From an uncultured Bdellovibrionales bacterium (GTDB taxonomy: Bacteria > Patescibacteriota > Minisyncoccia > Moranbacterales > UBA1568), in assembly GCA_964384235.1 (NCBI GenBank), contig CAYLJX010000005.1, positions 5,289 to 69,288 of the forward strand: 64,000 nt of DNA. Direction: 5' to 3'. Position numbers and translations under genes: made by a program. Of this stretch, positions 9,006 to 19,459 are shown piece by piece. Below the pieces are notes generated by a model. That model searched no databases. It had not been told where the DNA came from and worked only from the letters and a program-made list of their open reading frames with translations. Position 1 is the stretch's first letter, and the number at the start of each line of letters is the position of its first letter.

Positions 9006-10427
9006 CTAACTGTAATACAGGCGTTCTTTCAGGACACTAAGTTCTTCTTTGAGGCGGAGATTCGTTTCCCTTCCCGTATCTATCTTTTCAAACGCGTGCA
9101 GGGCGGTCGTGTGGTCACGGCCACCAAGGAGTTCCCCGATGGTGGAAAACGGCGTCTGGAGTTCGCTTCGGAGGAGGTACATCATGACCTGGCGCGGATG
9201 GGCAATCTCTTTTTTCCGGCCCTTTTTCACCAGATCTTCCTTGGTGACACCGTAATAATCGACGATGACCTTGAAAATATCGTCTGACTGGAGATTTTTC
9301 TTGTTGATCTCGATGAGCTGAGCAAGGATTTTCTCCGTATTTTCCAGAGTCGGAGGGAATTTGTGGAATTCCGAGTAGGCGATGACGCGGTTGAGTGCTC
9401 CTTCTAGCTCGCGGATGTTCTGGGTGATGTGTTCGGCGATGTAGCGGAGCGCGTTTTCCTCGATTTGAAAGCCTTTTTCATCCACTTTTGACTGCAGGAT
9501 GGCGAGACGGGTCTCCAGGGTCGGACGGCTGATATCGGTGATCATACCCCCTTCAAAACGGGAACGGAGCCGGTCTTCCAGAGTCGGAATAGCCTTGGGC
9601 GGGCGATCGCTCGAGATGACGATCTGTTTGTTGAGCTGGTACAGGGCATTAAAGATATGGAAAAACTCATTCTGGGTCTTTTCGCGACCGGAGAGAAACT
9701 GCACGTCGTCGATGATGAGGAGATCCATCTGCTGGTAGTATTCCTTGAACTTGTCGATGTTCTGATTCTTGATGGAATCGATGAGTTCGGTGGTGAATCG
9801 TTCGGAAGTGATGTATTTGATGCGTTTTTCCGGAGCATTTTTCACCACTTCGTTGCCGATGGATTGGAGGAGATGGGTCTTTCCCAGGCCGACACCACCA
9901 TAAATGAAGAGCGGGTTGTACACCATCCCGAGGTTTTGTGAAACGGCGTAGCAGGCCGCGCGGGCGAGTTCGTTGTTCTCGGCCACGATGAAATTCTCGA
10001 AGGTGTAGCGGCTGTTGAGATTGGATTCGTGAAAAACAGGCGTACTCGGTGCCTGTGCCGGAGAGCCGAAAAACGGCTTCTCAATGATCTTTTTCCGGAC
10101 AAATCCGGTTTCCACCGATACCGAACCGGGCGCCTTGACGGCATCGATGTTTTTGACGGGATTCTGTGGAGGAAGAGGTTTGTCTTGGGTGATGAGGCAG
10201 CGGATTTCCTGGATGTCCGGCTGGATTGATTTGAGAGCCCGGAGGATGTAGAGATTATACTTATTTTCCAACCATTCCTTGGCAAAGCCGTTCGGGACGG
10301 CGATAGTGACCACCCCGTTTTCATTGCTCAGGACGCTGGTATTCTTGAACCACGTGACGAAATTCGCCTTGGAAATGGAAAGTTCTATCTGTCCCAAAAC
10401 CGCTTTCCAAAGCTCTTCGTTGGTCAT
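9006..10427 (-). CDS. dnaA: Chromosomal replication initiator DnaA
   Basis: YNPLFIYGGVGLGKTHL, LLIIDDVQF, RLRSRF, NIRELEGAL, GGRDHTT. Confidence 0.98.
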   Translation of the reverse strand: MTNEELWKAVLGQIELSISKANFVTWFKNTSVLSNENGVVTIAVPNGFAKEWLENKYNLYILRALKSIQPDIQEIRCLITQDKPLPPQNPVKNIDAVKAPGSVSVETGFVRKKIIEKPFFGSPAQAPSTPVFHESNLNSRYTFENFIVAENNELARAACYAVSQNLGMVYNPLFIYGGVGLGKTHLLQSIGNEVVKNAPEKRIKYITSERFTTELIDSIKNQNIDKFKEYYQQMDLLIIDDVQFLSGREKTQNEFFHIFNALYQLNKQIVISSDRPPKAIPTLEDRLRSRFEGGMITDISRPTLETRLAILQSKVDEKGFQIEENALRYIAEHITQNIRELEGALNRVIAYSEFHKFPPTLENTEKILAQLIEINKKNLQSDDIFKVIVDYYGVTKEDLVKKGRKKEIAHPRQVMMYLLRSELQTPFSTIGELLGGRDHTTALHAFEKIDTGRETNLRLKEELSVLKERLYYS

Positions 10428-10499
10428 AGAGGTCTGTCTTTAAACAAGTGAAAAGTATTATATCACCTCTTGTTTCCCGAGGCGAGGAGCTGAAAGAGA

Positions 10500-10535
10500 G
10501 AAATCGTGGATAACCGGTGTATAAGTGGACAACGT
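10500..10535. promoter_or_regulatory. DnaA-box cluster upstream of dnaA (autoregulation or bipartite origin)
   Basis: CGTGGATAA, GGTGTATAA, AGTGGACAA in tandem. Confidence 0.6.
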
Positions 10536-10619
10536 CGGGGAATGGCTCTGTGTTGACTTTTTTTGCGTTTGCTGGCACACTGGTAACACATTGTTTTGTC
10601 TTAATCTACATCGAATCGT

Positions 10620-10760
10620 ATGTCAAAGAGAACGTACCAGCCAAAGGCGAGAAAGCGGACCCGTCGTCACGGCTTTCTTGAGCGGATGCGTACCAAGGGT
10701 GGTCAGGCAGTGATTACCCGTCGTCGCCGACAGGGACGCAAGAAGCTCTCGGTGGCTTAA
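10620..10760 (+). CDS. rpmH: 50S ribosomal protein L34 (missing from the ORF track)
   Basis: Hand translation [46 protein letters not shown]; canonical position divergent from dnaA. Confidence 0.97.
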   Translation: MSKRTYQPKARKRTRRHGFLERMRTKGGQAVITRRRRQGRKKLSVA

Positions 10761-10771
10761 AAAAGGGTCGT

Positions 10772-11110
10772 ATGCTGGATCGGCGCTTTCGTCTGAGGAA
10801 AAAGGAAGACTTTGATCGGGTTTTTCGTCAGGGGAAGCCCCTTTTTTTTGGGGAAATCGCCTGTCGGGTGGCGCCTAATGCCCTTCCGCATCTCCGGGTA
10901 GGCTTTTCGTTCAGCAAAAAGTATCTTCCCAAGGCGGTCTCTCGCAATCGCTTGCGCCGCCTTCTTTCGGAGAGCTTGGCTCTTTCCAAGGATCAGTGGC
11001 CGAAAACAGGGGCGGATATCGTGTTTTTTGTCGTAAAAAAACCCGCATCGCTCACACTTGATGGTATACTGCCTGTAGTTTCCATGACTCTGGAAAAGTT
11101 AAACAAATAA
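10772..11110 (+). CDS. rnpA: Ribonuclease P protein component
   Basis: RLRKKEDFDRVF, RVGFSFSKK, AVSRNRLRR; follows rpmH. Confidence 0.93.
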   Translation: MLDRRFRLRKKEDFDRVFRQGKPLFFGEIACRVAPNALPHLRVGFSFSKKYLPKAVSRNRLRRLLSESLALSKDQWPKTGADIVFFVVKKPASLTLDGILPVVSMTLEKLNK

Positions 11111-11122
11111 GACTTGCTCATT

Positions 11123-11851
11123 ATGATGGAATTTTTCGATACCCTCGTCTATCAGCCGCTCTACAATGTCCTGGTTTTCCTGTATAACGCTGTTCCCGGA
11201 CAGGATTTCGGTATCGCCATCATCCTGACGACGATCGCTCTCAAGACGGTTCTCATCCCGCTTTCCAAACAGCAGATCGTTTCCCAGAAGAAACTCCAGG
11301 AGCTGCAGCCGAAGATGAAGGAGATCCAGCAGAAGCACAAGCACGACAAGGAGCAGCAGACCAAGGCGCTCATGGAGTTCTACAAGGAAAACAAGGTCAA
11401 TCCGTTCGGAGGATGCCTGCCGCTCATCATCCAGCTCATCTTTCTCATCGCGATCTATCGCGTCATCATCAATATTTCCGATGCCGGATTTGTAGTAAAC
11501 GCAAGCGATCTCTACCCGTTCGTGAGCAACCCCGGATCGGTGAACCATCTATTCCTCTCGTTCATGGATCTGACCCGGCCGAACTACGTCCTCGCGCTTC
11601 TTTCGGCGGTAGCCCAGTATTTTCAGACAAAAATGCTTTTCCCAAGCCAAAAGAACGAATCTTCCGAGAAAGAGGACTCAACGCAGCCTGATTTTGCCGC
11701 TATAATGAATAAGCAGATGCTGTATCTCGGTCCCGGCCTCACCTTCTTCATCGGTGTGACCTTTCCGGCAGCTCTCTCGCTCTACTGGCTCTTCTCGACG
11801 CTCTTCATGATTTTCCAGCAGAAATTCATCTTTAACGTACGGAAAGGATAA
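11123..11851 (+). CDS. yidC: Membrane protein insertase YidC
   Basis: DFGIAIILTT, LQPKMKEIQ, NPFGGCLPLIIQ, ALSLYW. Confidence 0.95.
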   Translation: MMEFFDTLVYQPLYNVLVFLYNAVPGQDFGIAIILTTIALKTVLIPLSKQQIVSQKKLQELQPKMKEIQQKHKHDKEQQTKALMEFYKENKVNPFGGCLPLIIQLIFLIAIYRVIINISDAGFVVNASDLYPFVSNPGSVNHLFLSFMDLTRPNYVLALLSAVAQYFQTKMLFPSQKNESSEKEDSTQPDFAAIMNKQMLYLGPGLTFFIGVTFPAALSLYWLFSTLFMIFQQKFIFNVRKG

Positions 11852-11856
11852 CCTCT

Positions 11857-12342
11857 ATGGACAGCACAGCCCTCAACGAAACACTCAAAAAAATCCTTCT
11901 CGAAGTCCTCGGGAAGATGGGATTTTCGGCCGAGGTGGAAGTGTCGGAAGAAGCCGGTGAACCGGAACCGACGCTCCACTGTGCCGTCCAGGTCCAGGGA
12001 GACCAACATTTTCTCATCGGACAGCATGGAATCAATCTGGCAGCGCTTCAATACGTGGTGCGGGCGATATTCCGTAAGCAGACCGGGGAGCGGACGAACA
12101 TCGTGGTGGATGTGAACGGCTATTACGCCGACAAGCGGGCGCTCATCGAGAAAGAAGCGGAAAAAGCGGCAGAGGAAGCCCTGGAAAACCAGATATCCGT
12201 CGCGCTCCGGCCGATGCTTCCCTATGAACGGAAGATCGCTCATGCCTATCTTTCCAAGAATCCTTCCATCATGACCGAAAGTGTCGGAAAGGGAGAAGAC
12301 CGCAAGGTCATGGTGCGCCCCCGTCCGCAAACGGAAGCGTAG
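11857..12342 (+). CDS. jag: Jag/KhpB RNA-binding protein (KH + R3H)
   Basis: LIGQHGINLAALQ, VDVNGY, PMLPYERKIAH, TESVGKGEDR. Confidence 0.9.
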   Translation: MDSTALNETLKKILLEVLGKMGFSAEVEVSEEAGEPEPTLHCAVQVQGDQHFLIGQHGINLAALQYVVRAIFRKQTGERTNIVVDVNGYYADKRALIEKEAEKAAEEALENQISVALRPMLPYERKIAHAYLSKNPSIMTESVGKGEDRKVMVRPRPQTEA

Positions 12343-12358
12343 TCCTTGAAAACCTCTC

Positions 12359-13813
12359 ATGGCCCTGGCTCGAAAAATCGCCTATAACGTGGTCTTCAAC
12401 TCCTTCTTCAAGGTGTTTTCCACGGTGGCGCTCTCCCTTTTTTCCATCCGTCTCATCACGGGATATCTCGGTCAGGACGGTTTCGGAAAGTATGCGACCG
12501 TACTGGCTTTTTTCGCGTTCTTTTCGGCGGTGGCCGATCTGGGGTTGGGGACGGTGACGGCTCGGGAGATTTCCCGCGAAGGAGCCGACGAAGGTCGTAT
12601 CCTGGGAAATGTCGTGACGCTCCGGCTCCTGTCTTCCCTCGGGCTCATTCTTGTCGCTCCGCTTCTCATTTTCTTCTTCGATTATTCCACCGATCTCAAG
12701 ATCGGCATCTTTTTTGCAGCTCTCGCTATCCTGTTCTCGACGTTTTCCTTGGTTCTCAACGGAATCTTTCAGAAGAATCTCGCCATGGACAAGGTGGCCA
12801 TGGTCGAGTTCTGCGGAAAAATCCTCCAGGTCGGCCTGGTGGTACTCATTGTCAAGGAAGACTTCGGCTTTCTCGCCATCGCAGCGACGCTCCTCGCTTC
12901 GCTTTCCTTCAATGCCCTGGCAGCTTTTACCTTAAGTCGTCGGTATGCGACCTTTCGTTTGCGCATAGATTTTCCTTTTTGGAAAAGCTTTCTCAAGGAG
13001 TCCTGGCCGATGGGCATGACGGCTCTCATCACGTTTTTCTACTTCAAGATGGACACCATCCTTCTTTCGGTGATGCAGTCGTCGGCCCATGTCGGTATCT
13101 ACAATGTCGCCTACAAGATCCTCGAGAACCTGATCTTCTTCCCGGCGATGCTCGCCGGCCTCATCCTCCCCTTGCTTTCGCGCTTCATTTTCACACGACG
13201 GGCGCAGTTTGAGGAGATTGCCGACAAGACATTCAAGGTCTTCTGGATCATCATCATTCCTCTGGTGGTCGGGACGTTTTTCCTGGCGCAGGATATCATC
13301 ACCATCGTGAGCGGTACGGGCTTTCCGGAATCGGTCACCGTGCTCCGCATCCTCGTTTTTTCTCTGGCCTGCATCTTTTTCGGACACTACTTCAACATGC
13401 TGCTTCTGGTCGGCAATGCCCAGAAACGTCTCATGCAGACTCTTCTTTTGGCCGCTGCGTTCAACCTCTCCCTGAATTTCTTCCTTATCCCCCGGTATTC
13501 GTATCTCGGATCGGCGTTGACGGCGGTGGCGACCGAACTCTTGGTGGTGTTCCTGACGGCGTTCCTGACCCGCCGGTACATCCGGTATGTCCCTTCATTC
13601 GAGAGCTTCTGGAAAATCCTGCTTTCAGGAAGCGCGATGGCGATTGCGGTCTTTTTCCTGGAGCCGGTTTCTTTTCTGCTCGCGGGATTTTTCGGAGTCC
13701 TCGTCTATTTCGGCGTGTTGTGGATGACTCGGGCGATCACTTCCGACGAAATCAGAAGTCTCTTTCCTCACAAGGGGGAAGAGATACCGGACGCGGAATA
13801 TCCGGTGGCATAG
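12359..13813 (+). CDS. Wzx-type polysaccharide flippase
   Basis: About 14 TM; LGQDGFGKY, DLGL, YFKMDTILL, VGIYNVAYK. Confidence 0.88.
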   Translation: MALARKIAYNVVFNSFFKVFSTVALSLFSIRLITGYLGQDGFGKYATVLAFFAFFSAVADLGLGTVTAREISREGADEGRILGNVVTLRLLSSLGLILVAPLLIFFFDYSTDLKIGIFFAALAILFSTFSLVLNGIFQKNLAMDKVAMVEFCGKILQVGLVVLIVKEDFGFLAIAATLLASLSFNALAAFTLSRRYATFRLRIDFPFWKSFLKESWPMGMTALITFFYFKMDTILLSVMQSSAHVGIYNVAYKILENLIFFPAMLAGLILPLLSRFIFTRRAQFEEIADKTFKVFWIIIIPLVVGTFFLAQDIITIVSGTGFPESVTVLRILVFSLACIFFGHYFNMLLLVGNAQKRLMQTLLLAAAFNLSLNFFLIPRYSYLGSALTAVATELLVVFLTAFLTRRYIRYVPSFESFWKILLSGSAMAIAVFFLEPVSFLLAGFFGVLVYFGVLWMTRAITSDEIRSLFPHKGEEIPDAEYPVA

Positions 13814-13832
13814 GGTTCACACGAGAACGGTT

Positions 13833-14696
13833 ATGGGGAACAGGGTGGCTATCATCGTGCTGCACTACAAGAACGGACACCTGGAATCATGCCTGGAGTC
13901 CCTGTTTCGGCTGACGTACGAAGAAAAGGAAGTGATCGTCGTGGACAATGCTTCGGAAGACGGTTCCCTGGAAAAGGTGAAGCAGAGGTTTCCGCAGTGT
14001 CTTTTCATCGAAAACGGGAAAAATCTCGGATTTGCCGGAGGGATGAATGTCGGTATCCGGGCGGCCTTGGAACGAGGGGCGGATTGGATATGGCTTTTCA
14101 ACAATGATGCCGTTGCGGAAGGAAACTCCCTTTCTGTGCTCATGGGCGCGGCAGAAGGAAACAGGAAGGCCGGATTGTTCAGCCCCGTTATCTTGGATGC
14201 TTCTGGTCGAAACGTCTGGTTTGCCAAGGGAAGGGTGAACTACCTGCGGATGCGCACGGAACATCAGACGGTGTCACAAGCGTCGCTTCGGGAAGCATCC
14301 TATCCGAGCCAGATCCTTACCGGGTGTGCTCTCCTTATCAACAGGACAGTGATAGAACGTATCGGACTTCTCGATGAGCGGTTTTTTCTTTATTACGAGG
14401 ACGCGGACTATTCCCTGCGGGCGCTCAAGGCGGGTTTCGAGAACATCGTCGTTCCCGGGGCCCGCGTCTATCACGGCGAACAGAGTCGTTCCAATCCTGA
14501 CAAAGTTTATCATCTGGTTCTTTCAGGACTGCTTTTCTTTGCGACACATGCTCCCTGGTACTGGAGGCTCTATCTGGCGGCGTATGGTACAATACGGAGA
14601 CTGAAAAACGCATTCGATGTCCGTTTCAGGAGGGGCGGCACGTCGTTACGGGTACGGGAAGCGTACCGAGACTACCTCCATGCAAGAAATACCTGA
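13833..14696 (+). CDS. Glycosyltransferase family 2
   Basis: VIVVDNASED, NLGFAGGMN, LFNND, LLDERFFLYYEDAD. Confidence 0.92.
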   Translation: MGNRVAIIVLHYKNGHLESCLESLFRLTYEEKEVIVVDNASEDGSLEKVKQRFPQCLFIENGKNLGFAGGMNVGIRAALERGADWIWLFNNDAVAEGNSLSVLMGAAEGNRKAGLFSPVILDASGRNVWFAKGRVNYLRMRTEHQTVSQASLREASYPSQILTGCALLINRTVIERIGLLDERFFLYYEDADYSLRALKAGFENIVVPGARVYHGEQSRSNPDKVYHLVLSGLLFFATHAPWYWRLYLAAYGTIRRLKNAFDVRFRRGGTSLRVREAYRDYLHARNT

Positions 14697-15459
14697 ATTT
14701 TCCCTTATTTTCGTCAATTACCGGAGCGCCCGGTATCTTTCCCGGGCCCTGCGGAGTCTGTTCGCTTCCGAGAAAAAAGGCTCTTTCGAGGTTATCGTCG
14801 TGAACAATGACGAGAAAGAGGAACGCGTGCTTCAGGGGCTGCGGCAGTTTTTCCCTTTTCAATTGATCCAAAGCGGATCCAATATCGGTTTCGGTGCGGC
14901 TAATAATATCGGGGTGAGCGTCGCAAGAGGAAGCCTCATCGGATTTCTCAATCCCGATACGTTCTGGGAAGGAGAAAAGCTCCCAAACATTTCCCGGTCC
15001 TTTTCATCATATTCGAACGGAGGAGTACTGGGACTGGGGCTCATCGACGGGAAAGGAGAGCGTGAAACGTGGAGCGCGGGGCGATTTCCGACCCTTTTTC
15101 GGATAGTATGGAACAATATCGCCGGAGGGTATTTCTTGGGACAGGATGAATCCGTGGAATGGGTAAGCGGCGGAGCGCTCTTTATCCGCAAAGACGTCTT
15201 TCAGGGAATCGGCGGTTTCGATGAACGGTTTTTTCTGTACTTCGAGGATGTGGATCTCTGTGTCCGGGTGAAAGAAATCGAATACGAGGTGCGACTCGAT
15301 CCGCAGATGAACCTTCGGCACTATGGAGGAAAGAGTCATTTTTCCCGGGGGCGTCAGAAAATGGATTTTTTCCGTTCCCAGGATCGTTATTTTCGGAAGC
15401 ATCGGCCTTGGGAATACGTGGGTTTAAGAGTATTGCGATTTCTCCGGTATGGGTTCTGA
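14680..15459 (+). CDS. Glycosyltransferase family 2
   Basis: NIGFGAANN, FLNPD, WVSGGAL, GFDERFFLYFEDVD. Confidence 0.92.
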   Translation: MQEIPEFSLIFVNYRSARYLSRALRSLFASEKKGSFEVIVVNNDEKEERVLQGLRQFFPFQLIQSGSNIGFGAANNIGVSVARGSLIGFLNPDTFWEGEKLPNISRSFSSYSNGGVLGLGLIDGKGERETWSAGRFPTLFRIVWNNIAGGYFLGQDESVEWVSGGALFIRKDVFQGIGGFDERFFLYFEDVDLCVRVKEIEYEVRLDPQMNLRHYGGKSHFSRGRQKMDFFRSQDRYFRKHRPWEYVGLRVLRFLRYGF

Positions 15460-16738
15460 AGAGACCGAAAAAGAAGGAAGGATGCTCCACTGGCTGCTTG
15501 GGGGGTATTTTTTCATTCTCCCTTTCCAGTTCGCGCTCAGTCCCCTTCCTGGTATCGATCTTCCTTTGATGCGGGCAGGCTCTCTCATCTTGGTGCTTCT
15601 GTGGCTTTCTTTCGGTCTTTTCAGGCGTCGGATCGATCTTCCTCGGAGTCCGATAGCTCTTTTTTTGGTAAGCTTTCTCGCTCTTTCGCTCTTTTCTTTC
15701 TTTGTCGCGGAAAACCAGTCGTGGTTCGTAAGAAAGAGTCTTTTTCTACTCTCGTTTCTTCCGTTTTTCTTCGTCATCGCGGCAGGAACCGTGAAGCCGC
15801 AAGAAAAAGTTTCTCTCGCCAAGGCCTTCGTCTCCGGCGCCGCCCTCTCTGCGGGCATCGGCATCCTTCAGTTCCTCTCCCAGTTCGTCTTTTCGGTGGA
15901 AACCGTTTTTTCTTTCTGGACGCGGTCGGCGCTGCCGATATTCTTGGGCCGATCGTTCGGAGAGGTGGTGGCGACATACCCGAGCCTCCTGGTCAATATC
16001 GGTGGGGAGACGGTTTTGCGCGCCTCTTCGCTGTTCCCAGACCCGCACATGGCCGCCTTTTATTTCGGTATGGCGTTTCCGATCGCTCTCGCCCTCTCTT
16101 TTCTGGTACAAGGAAAGAAAGAAAAGAAGTGGCTGCTTGCCGCTTCGGCTTTTCTTTTGGCAGCGGATCTGCTGACGTTCTCGCGAGGCGGATATGTCGG
16201 ACTGTTTGGAGCCGGCCTTATCGGTGCCGGAATATTCTTCGGTCGGAAAGTTTCCGCGAAGAAACTCATAACCGGCAGTATGGTAATCCTGCTCCTTGGC
16301 GTTCTCTTCGTAGCGAGCCCTGTGGGGGAACGCTTCCTATCGAGCTTTTCTCCGAGTGACGGATCGAACAGCGAGCGTCTCCGGCTGTGGCAGGAGGGTC
16401 TGGGGCATCTCTCGGAGCAGCCCTTTTTCGGGTACGGCTTGGGGAATTACCCGCTCATCGTCAAGCCGAGCGCGGCGTATCGTGAGCCGATCTATGCGCA
16501 CAACCTCTATCTCGATATCGCCCTTGAGACAGGACTTGCCGGCCTCGTGTTTTTTCTCCTTTTTCTTTTCGGATCTCTGTCCATAGCGTGGCGGAAGTGG
16601 AAAAAAAGTGTCGATATTTTTTCCTTAGGAATCTTCTTTTCCCTTCTGGTCTTCTCTTTTCACGCGTTTTTCGAGACCCCACTCTTTTCAGTGCATATCC
16701 TGCCGATACTTCTTCTCTTGACCGCGCTTGCGGTATAA
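15449..16738 (+). CDS. O-antigen ligase family membrane protein
   Basis: RASSLFPDPH, TFSRGG, ERLRLW, PFFGYGLGNY, YAHNLYL. Confidence 0.88.
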   Translation: MGSEETEKEGRMLHWLLGGYFFILPFQFALSPLPGIDLPLMRAGSLILVLLWLSFGLFRRRIDLPRSPIALFLVSFLALSLFSFFVAENQSWFVRKSLFLLSFLPFFFVIAAGTVKPQEKVSLAKAFVSGAALSAGIGILQFLSQFVFSVETVFSFWTRSALPIFLGRSFGEVVATYPSLLVNIGGETVLRASSLFPDPHMAAFYFGMAFPIALALSFLVQGKKEKKWLLAASAFLLAADLLTFSRGGYVGLFGAGLIGAGIFFGRKVSAKKLITGSMVILLLGVLFVASPVGERFLSSFSPSDGSNSERLRLWQEGLGHLSEQPFFGYGLGNYPLIVKPSAAYREPIYAHNLYLDIALETGLAGLVFFLLFLFGSLSIAWRKWKKSVDIFSLGIFFSLLVFSFHAFFETPLFSVHILPILLLLTALAV

Positions 16739-16839
16739 TAACGGGCATCGACCCGATTTTACCGTCACCTCGCTCGCCTGCCTGCCGGTAGGCAGGGAAA
16801 CGAAAATGAATTTTCGTTTCACTCGCTACGTTCGGTAAT
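16739..16839 (+). repeat. Dispersed repeat family A, copy 2
   Basis: TAACGGGCATCGACCCGATTTTACCG...CCTGCCGGTAGGCAGG...GAAACGAAAA-TTTTCGTTTC...GCTACGTTCGGTAAT. Confidence 0.75.
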
Positions 16840-16865
16840 AAAAACCTCCCAAAAGGAGGTTTTTA
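16840..16865. terminator. Bidirectional intrinsic terminator between convergent genes
   Basis: aaaaacctcc-caaaa-ggaggttttt. Confidence 0.8.
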
Positions 16866-16892
16866 AATCTTTAAATATAAAGATAGAGATTT

Positions 16893-19436
16893 TCAGAAGT
16901 CCACTTTGATATCCTTCTTGTCCTTCGCTTTGTTTCCATTATCATCCTCCAGTTCCACTTCTATCGTCAGCGTCGTGTGGTTCTTGTCCGCAGGAACGTT
17001 GTAGGAGACGGAATAGGGCTTGGAACCGGTCGAACCGGCATCGGAACCGTCGACGGTATACTTCACCCGTTTGACACCGTACGGGGCATCGACACTTGAA
17101 CTGAGAGCGAAAGAAGCGCTGTTACTGTCCCCGACAGTGAGTTTGACGGATGGTTGGTAGTCCTTGAAATCATCTTCCTTACACTCGTCTTTGGGCGGTT
17201 CGGCGAGGACGACGTCCTTTTTCTTGTCATACCAGTCCTCGACGCCTTTTTCCCAGTTCTTGTACTGTGCGTCGCGATCCGGTTTTTCCGGGATGGGTCC
17301 GCGCGGGTTCTCCCGATTGACATAAAAGAGGATGTCGTGGTCGCTGATGAAATCCTTCTTGTCTACGTCCTTGTCCCGGCAGTACTTGTTGGCCAGGCAG
17401 TATTTGTCATCCTCATCCGGAATCTCGCATACTTTCAAGTCTTCTTCCATCTCGAGCTTGCCATTGAGCATCGGTTTGTTGATTTTTCCGTCCTCATCCC
17501 CGATCTCATCGTCGGAATCGTACTTGGGAAATCCTTCCATGGCGTAGTTTCCGAGGGTCTTGTCCAGGAAGGCCCGCCAGATAGGGGCGGCGACATTGAC
17601 ACCGTCGGCCCCGGCCGCCATCGCGGAATTGTCGTTGTTGCCGGCCCAGACGCCGACCGCGAGTCCGGGAGTGTATCCGATCGTCCAGCCGTCACGGAAC
17701 TCGTTGGTCGTACCGGTCTTGGCGGCCACGGCCCGGTTGTCGAAGCGCAGCGGATTATTCTCGCCGAACACCCATGCCCGATTCTCATTGTTCGACATGA
17801 CCGAATCAAGCATCGCCACATATTTTTCCTCCACGACCCGTTCTCCGGCATCCGTTTTGAATTCTTCCACGAGGTTTCCTTTAGGATCCTCGATGCGGAG
17901 AATAGCGGTTTTTTGATGCTTGATTCCGCCGGTGGCAAGCGTGCTGTAGGCGCTCACATGATCGAGAAGCTTCACTTCGCCACCGCCCAAGACGAGTGAG
18001 AGTCCGAGACGATCGGGGGAATTGAGTCCGGTGATGCCGAGGTTTTTAGCCATTTGGATAGCGTCTTTGACACCGACCAGGTAGAGGGTCTTGACGGCCG
18101 GGATGTTGAGCGATCCGCCGAGCGCCTTGGCCATAGAGAGCGGACCGTGGAACTTCCCGTCGTAGTTGTTGGGTTCGTAGCTTTTCCCTTCAGCGGTCTC
18201 GAACTGGGTTTTGACGTCGTAGAGCATCGTTTCCGGGATGTAGCCTTTGGAAAAGGCGGTGAGATAGACATAGGGCTTGAAGGAAGAACCCGGCTGCCGG
18301 TCGCGGATGGCGACATTGACGTTGCCATCGATGCTTTCGTCGAAGTAGTCCTTGGAACCGACCATGGCGAGGATCTGACCGGTCTTGGGATCCATGGCGA
18401 CCAAGGCGGCGTTCGAGGCCTTCCATTTCTTGTTTTTTTCCGCTCCCTCACGCACCGCCTGTTCGGCGATCTGCTGTTTGTCCCAGTCGAGCGTGGTGAT
18501 GACCTTGTACCCGCCCTGTTCCACCGCGCTGTCACCGTACTTCTGTTGCAGATAGTCCTTGATGTACATGACGAAGTGCGGGGCGGCGATGATGTCCTTC
18601 TGAGGTTTGATCTTTTCAATGGTATTGGCATTGATGGCCTCGTTCATCTGCTCCTCGGTGATGTAGCCGAGCTTCTGCATCTGCTTGAGAGCAAAGGCTT
18701 GACGGCCGGAAAGGGCGTCGGTGTGCGATCCATACGGCGAATAGTAGGTCGTCGCCTGTGGGAGAGCGGCGAGGAGGGCCGCCTCGTCGAGGGTGAGTTC
18801 CCGGGCCGGTTTGCCGAAGAACGTCTGGGCAGCCGCCTCGATACCGTAGGCGTTGGAACCGTAGGGGATTTCGTTGAGATACATCGCCAAGATCTCATCC
18901 TTGGAGAACTTGGTCTCGATCTCGAGGGAGAGGATGGCTTCCTTCATCTTGCGGATGAGGGTCTTTTCGTTGGTGAGCAGGGAGTTTTTGACGAACTGCT
19001 GGGTGATGGTCGAACCGCCCTGGGTCTTGCCGAGCTGGACGATGTCCTTGAAGATCGAGCGCAGGATAGAGGTGATCTTGATACCGTGGTGGTTGTAGAA
19101 GTCCTGGTCCTCGAGGGAAAGGGTGGCGGCGCGGACGACCTCCGGGATATCCTTGAAATCGATGATGGTGCGCTTCTCCTCGCCGTGCACCTCATAGAGG
19201 AGGTGAGTGCCGGTCCGGTCATAGATCTTGGTCGATTCGGCGATGAAGCGCTTGTTGACGCTTCCCGGGCTGGGGAGGTCCTTGGCGATATACGCGAAGG
19301 CGCCGACGGTCGTGAGGAACCCGAGGGCGAAGAGAATGATCAGGGTTTTCCAGGCGATGCCCCAGAACTTCGATTTCGGCTTGTTTTCGGTGTTTGTTTC
19401 AAACTTCGGCCTTCTGTGGAAACGAAAAAAACGCAT
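16893..19436 (-). CDS. Class A penicillin-binding protein (GT51 + transpeptidase + C-terminal Ig-like domain)
   Basis: EDQDFYNHHG, GGSTITQQ, RKMKE; SSFK, SLN, KTGT motifs. Confidence 0.95.
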   Translation of the reverse strand: MRFFRFHRRPKFETNTENKPKSKFWGIAWKTLIILFALGFLTTVGAFAYIAKDLPSPGSVNKRFIAESTKIYDRTGTHLLYEVHGEEKRTIIDFKDIPEVVRAATLSLEDQDFYNHHGIKITSILRSIFKDIVQLGKTQGGSTITQQFVKNSLLTNEKTLIRKMKEAILSLEIETKFSKDEILAMYLNEIPYGSNAYGIEAAAQTFFGKPARELTLDEAALLAALPQATTYYSPYGSHTDALSGRQAFALKQMQKLGYITEEQMNEAINANTIEKIKPQKDIIAAPHFVMYIKDYLQQKYGDSAVEQGGYKVITTLDWDKQQIAEQAVREGAEKNKKWKASNAALVAMDPKTGQILAMVGSKDYFDESIDGNVNVAIRDRQPGSSFKPYVYLTAFSKGYIPETMLYDVKTQFETAEGKSYEPNNYDGKFHGPLSMAKALGGSLNIPAVKTLYLVGVKDAIQMAKNLGITGLNSPDRLGLSLVLGGGEVKLLDHVSAYSTLATGGIKHQKTAILRIEDPKGNLVEEFKTDAGERVVEEKYVAMLDSVMSNNENRAWVFGENNPLRFDNRAVAAKTGTTNEFRDGWTIGYTPGLAVGVWAGNNDNSAMAAGADGVNVAAPIWRAFLDKTLGNYAMEGFPKYDSDDEIGDEDGKINKPMLNGKLEMEEDLKVCEIPDEDDKYCLANKYCRDKDVDKKDFISDHDILFYVNRENPRGPIPEKPDRDAQYKNWEKGVEDWYDKKKDVVLAEPPKDECKEDDFKDYQPSVKLTVGDSNSASFALSSSVDAPYGVKRVKYTVDGSDAGSTGSKPYSVSYNVPADKNHTTLTIEVELEDDNGNKAKDKKDIKVDF

Positions 19437-19459
19437 AGAAAATACAGTTAAGTGTCTCC

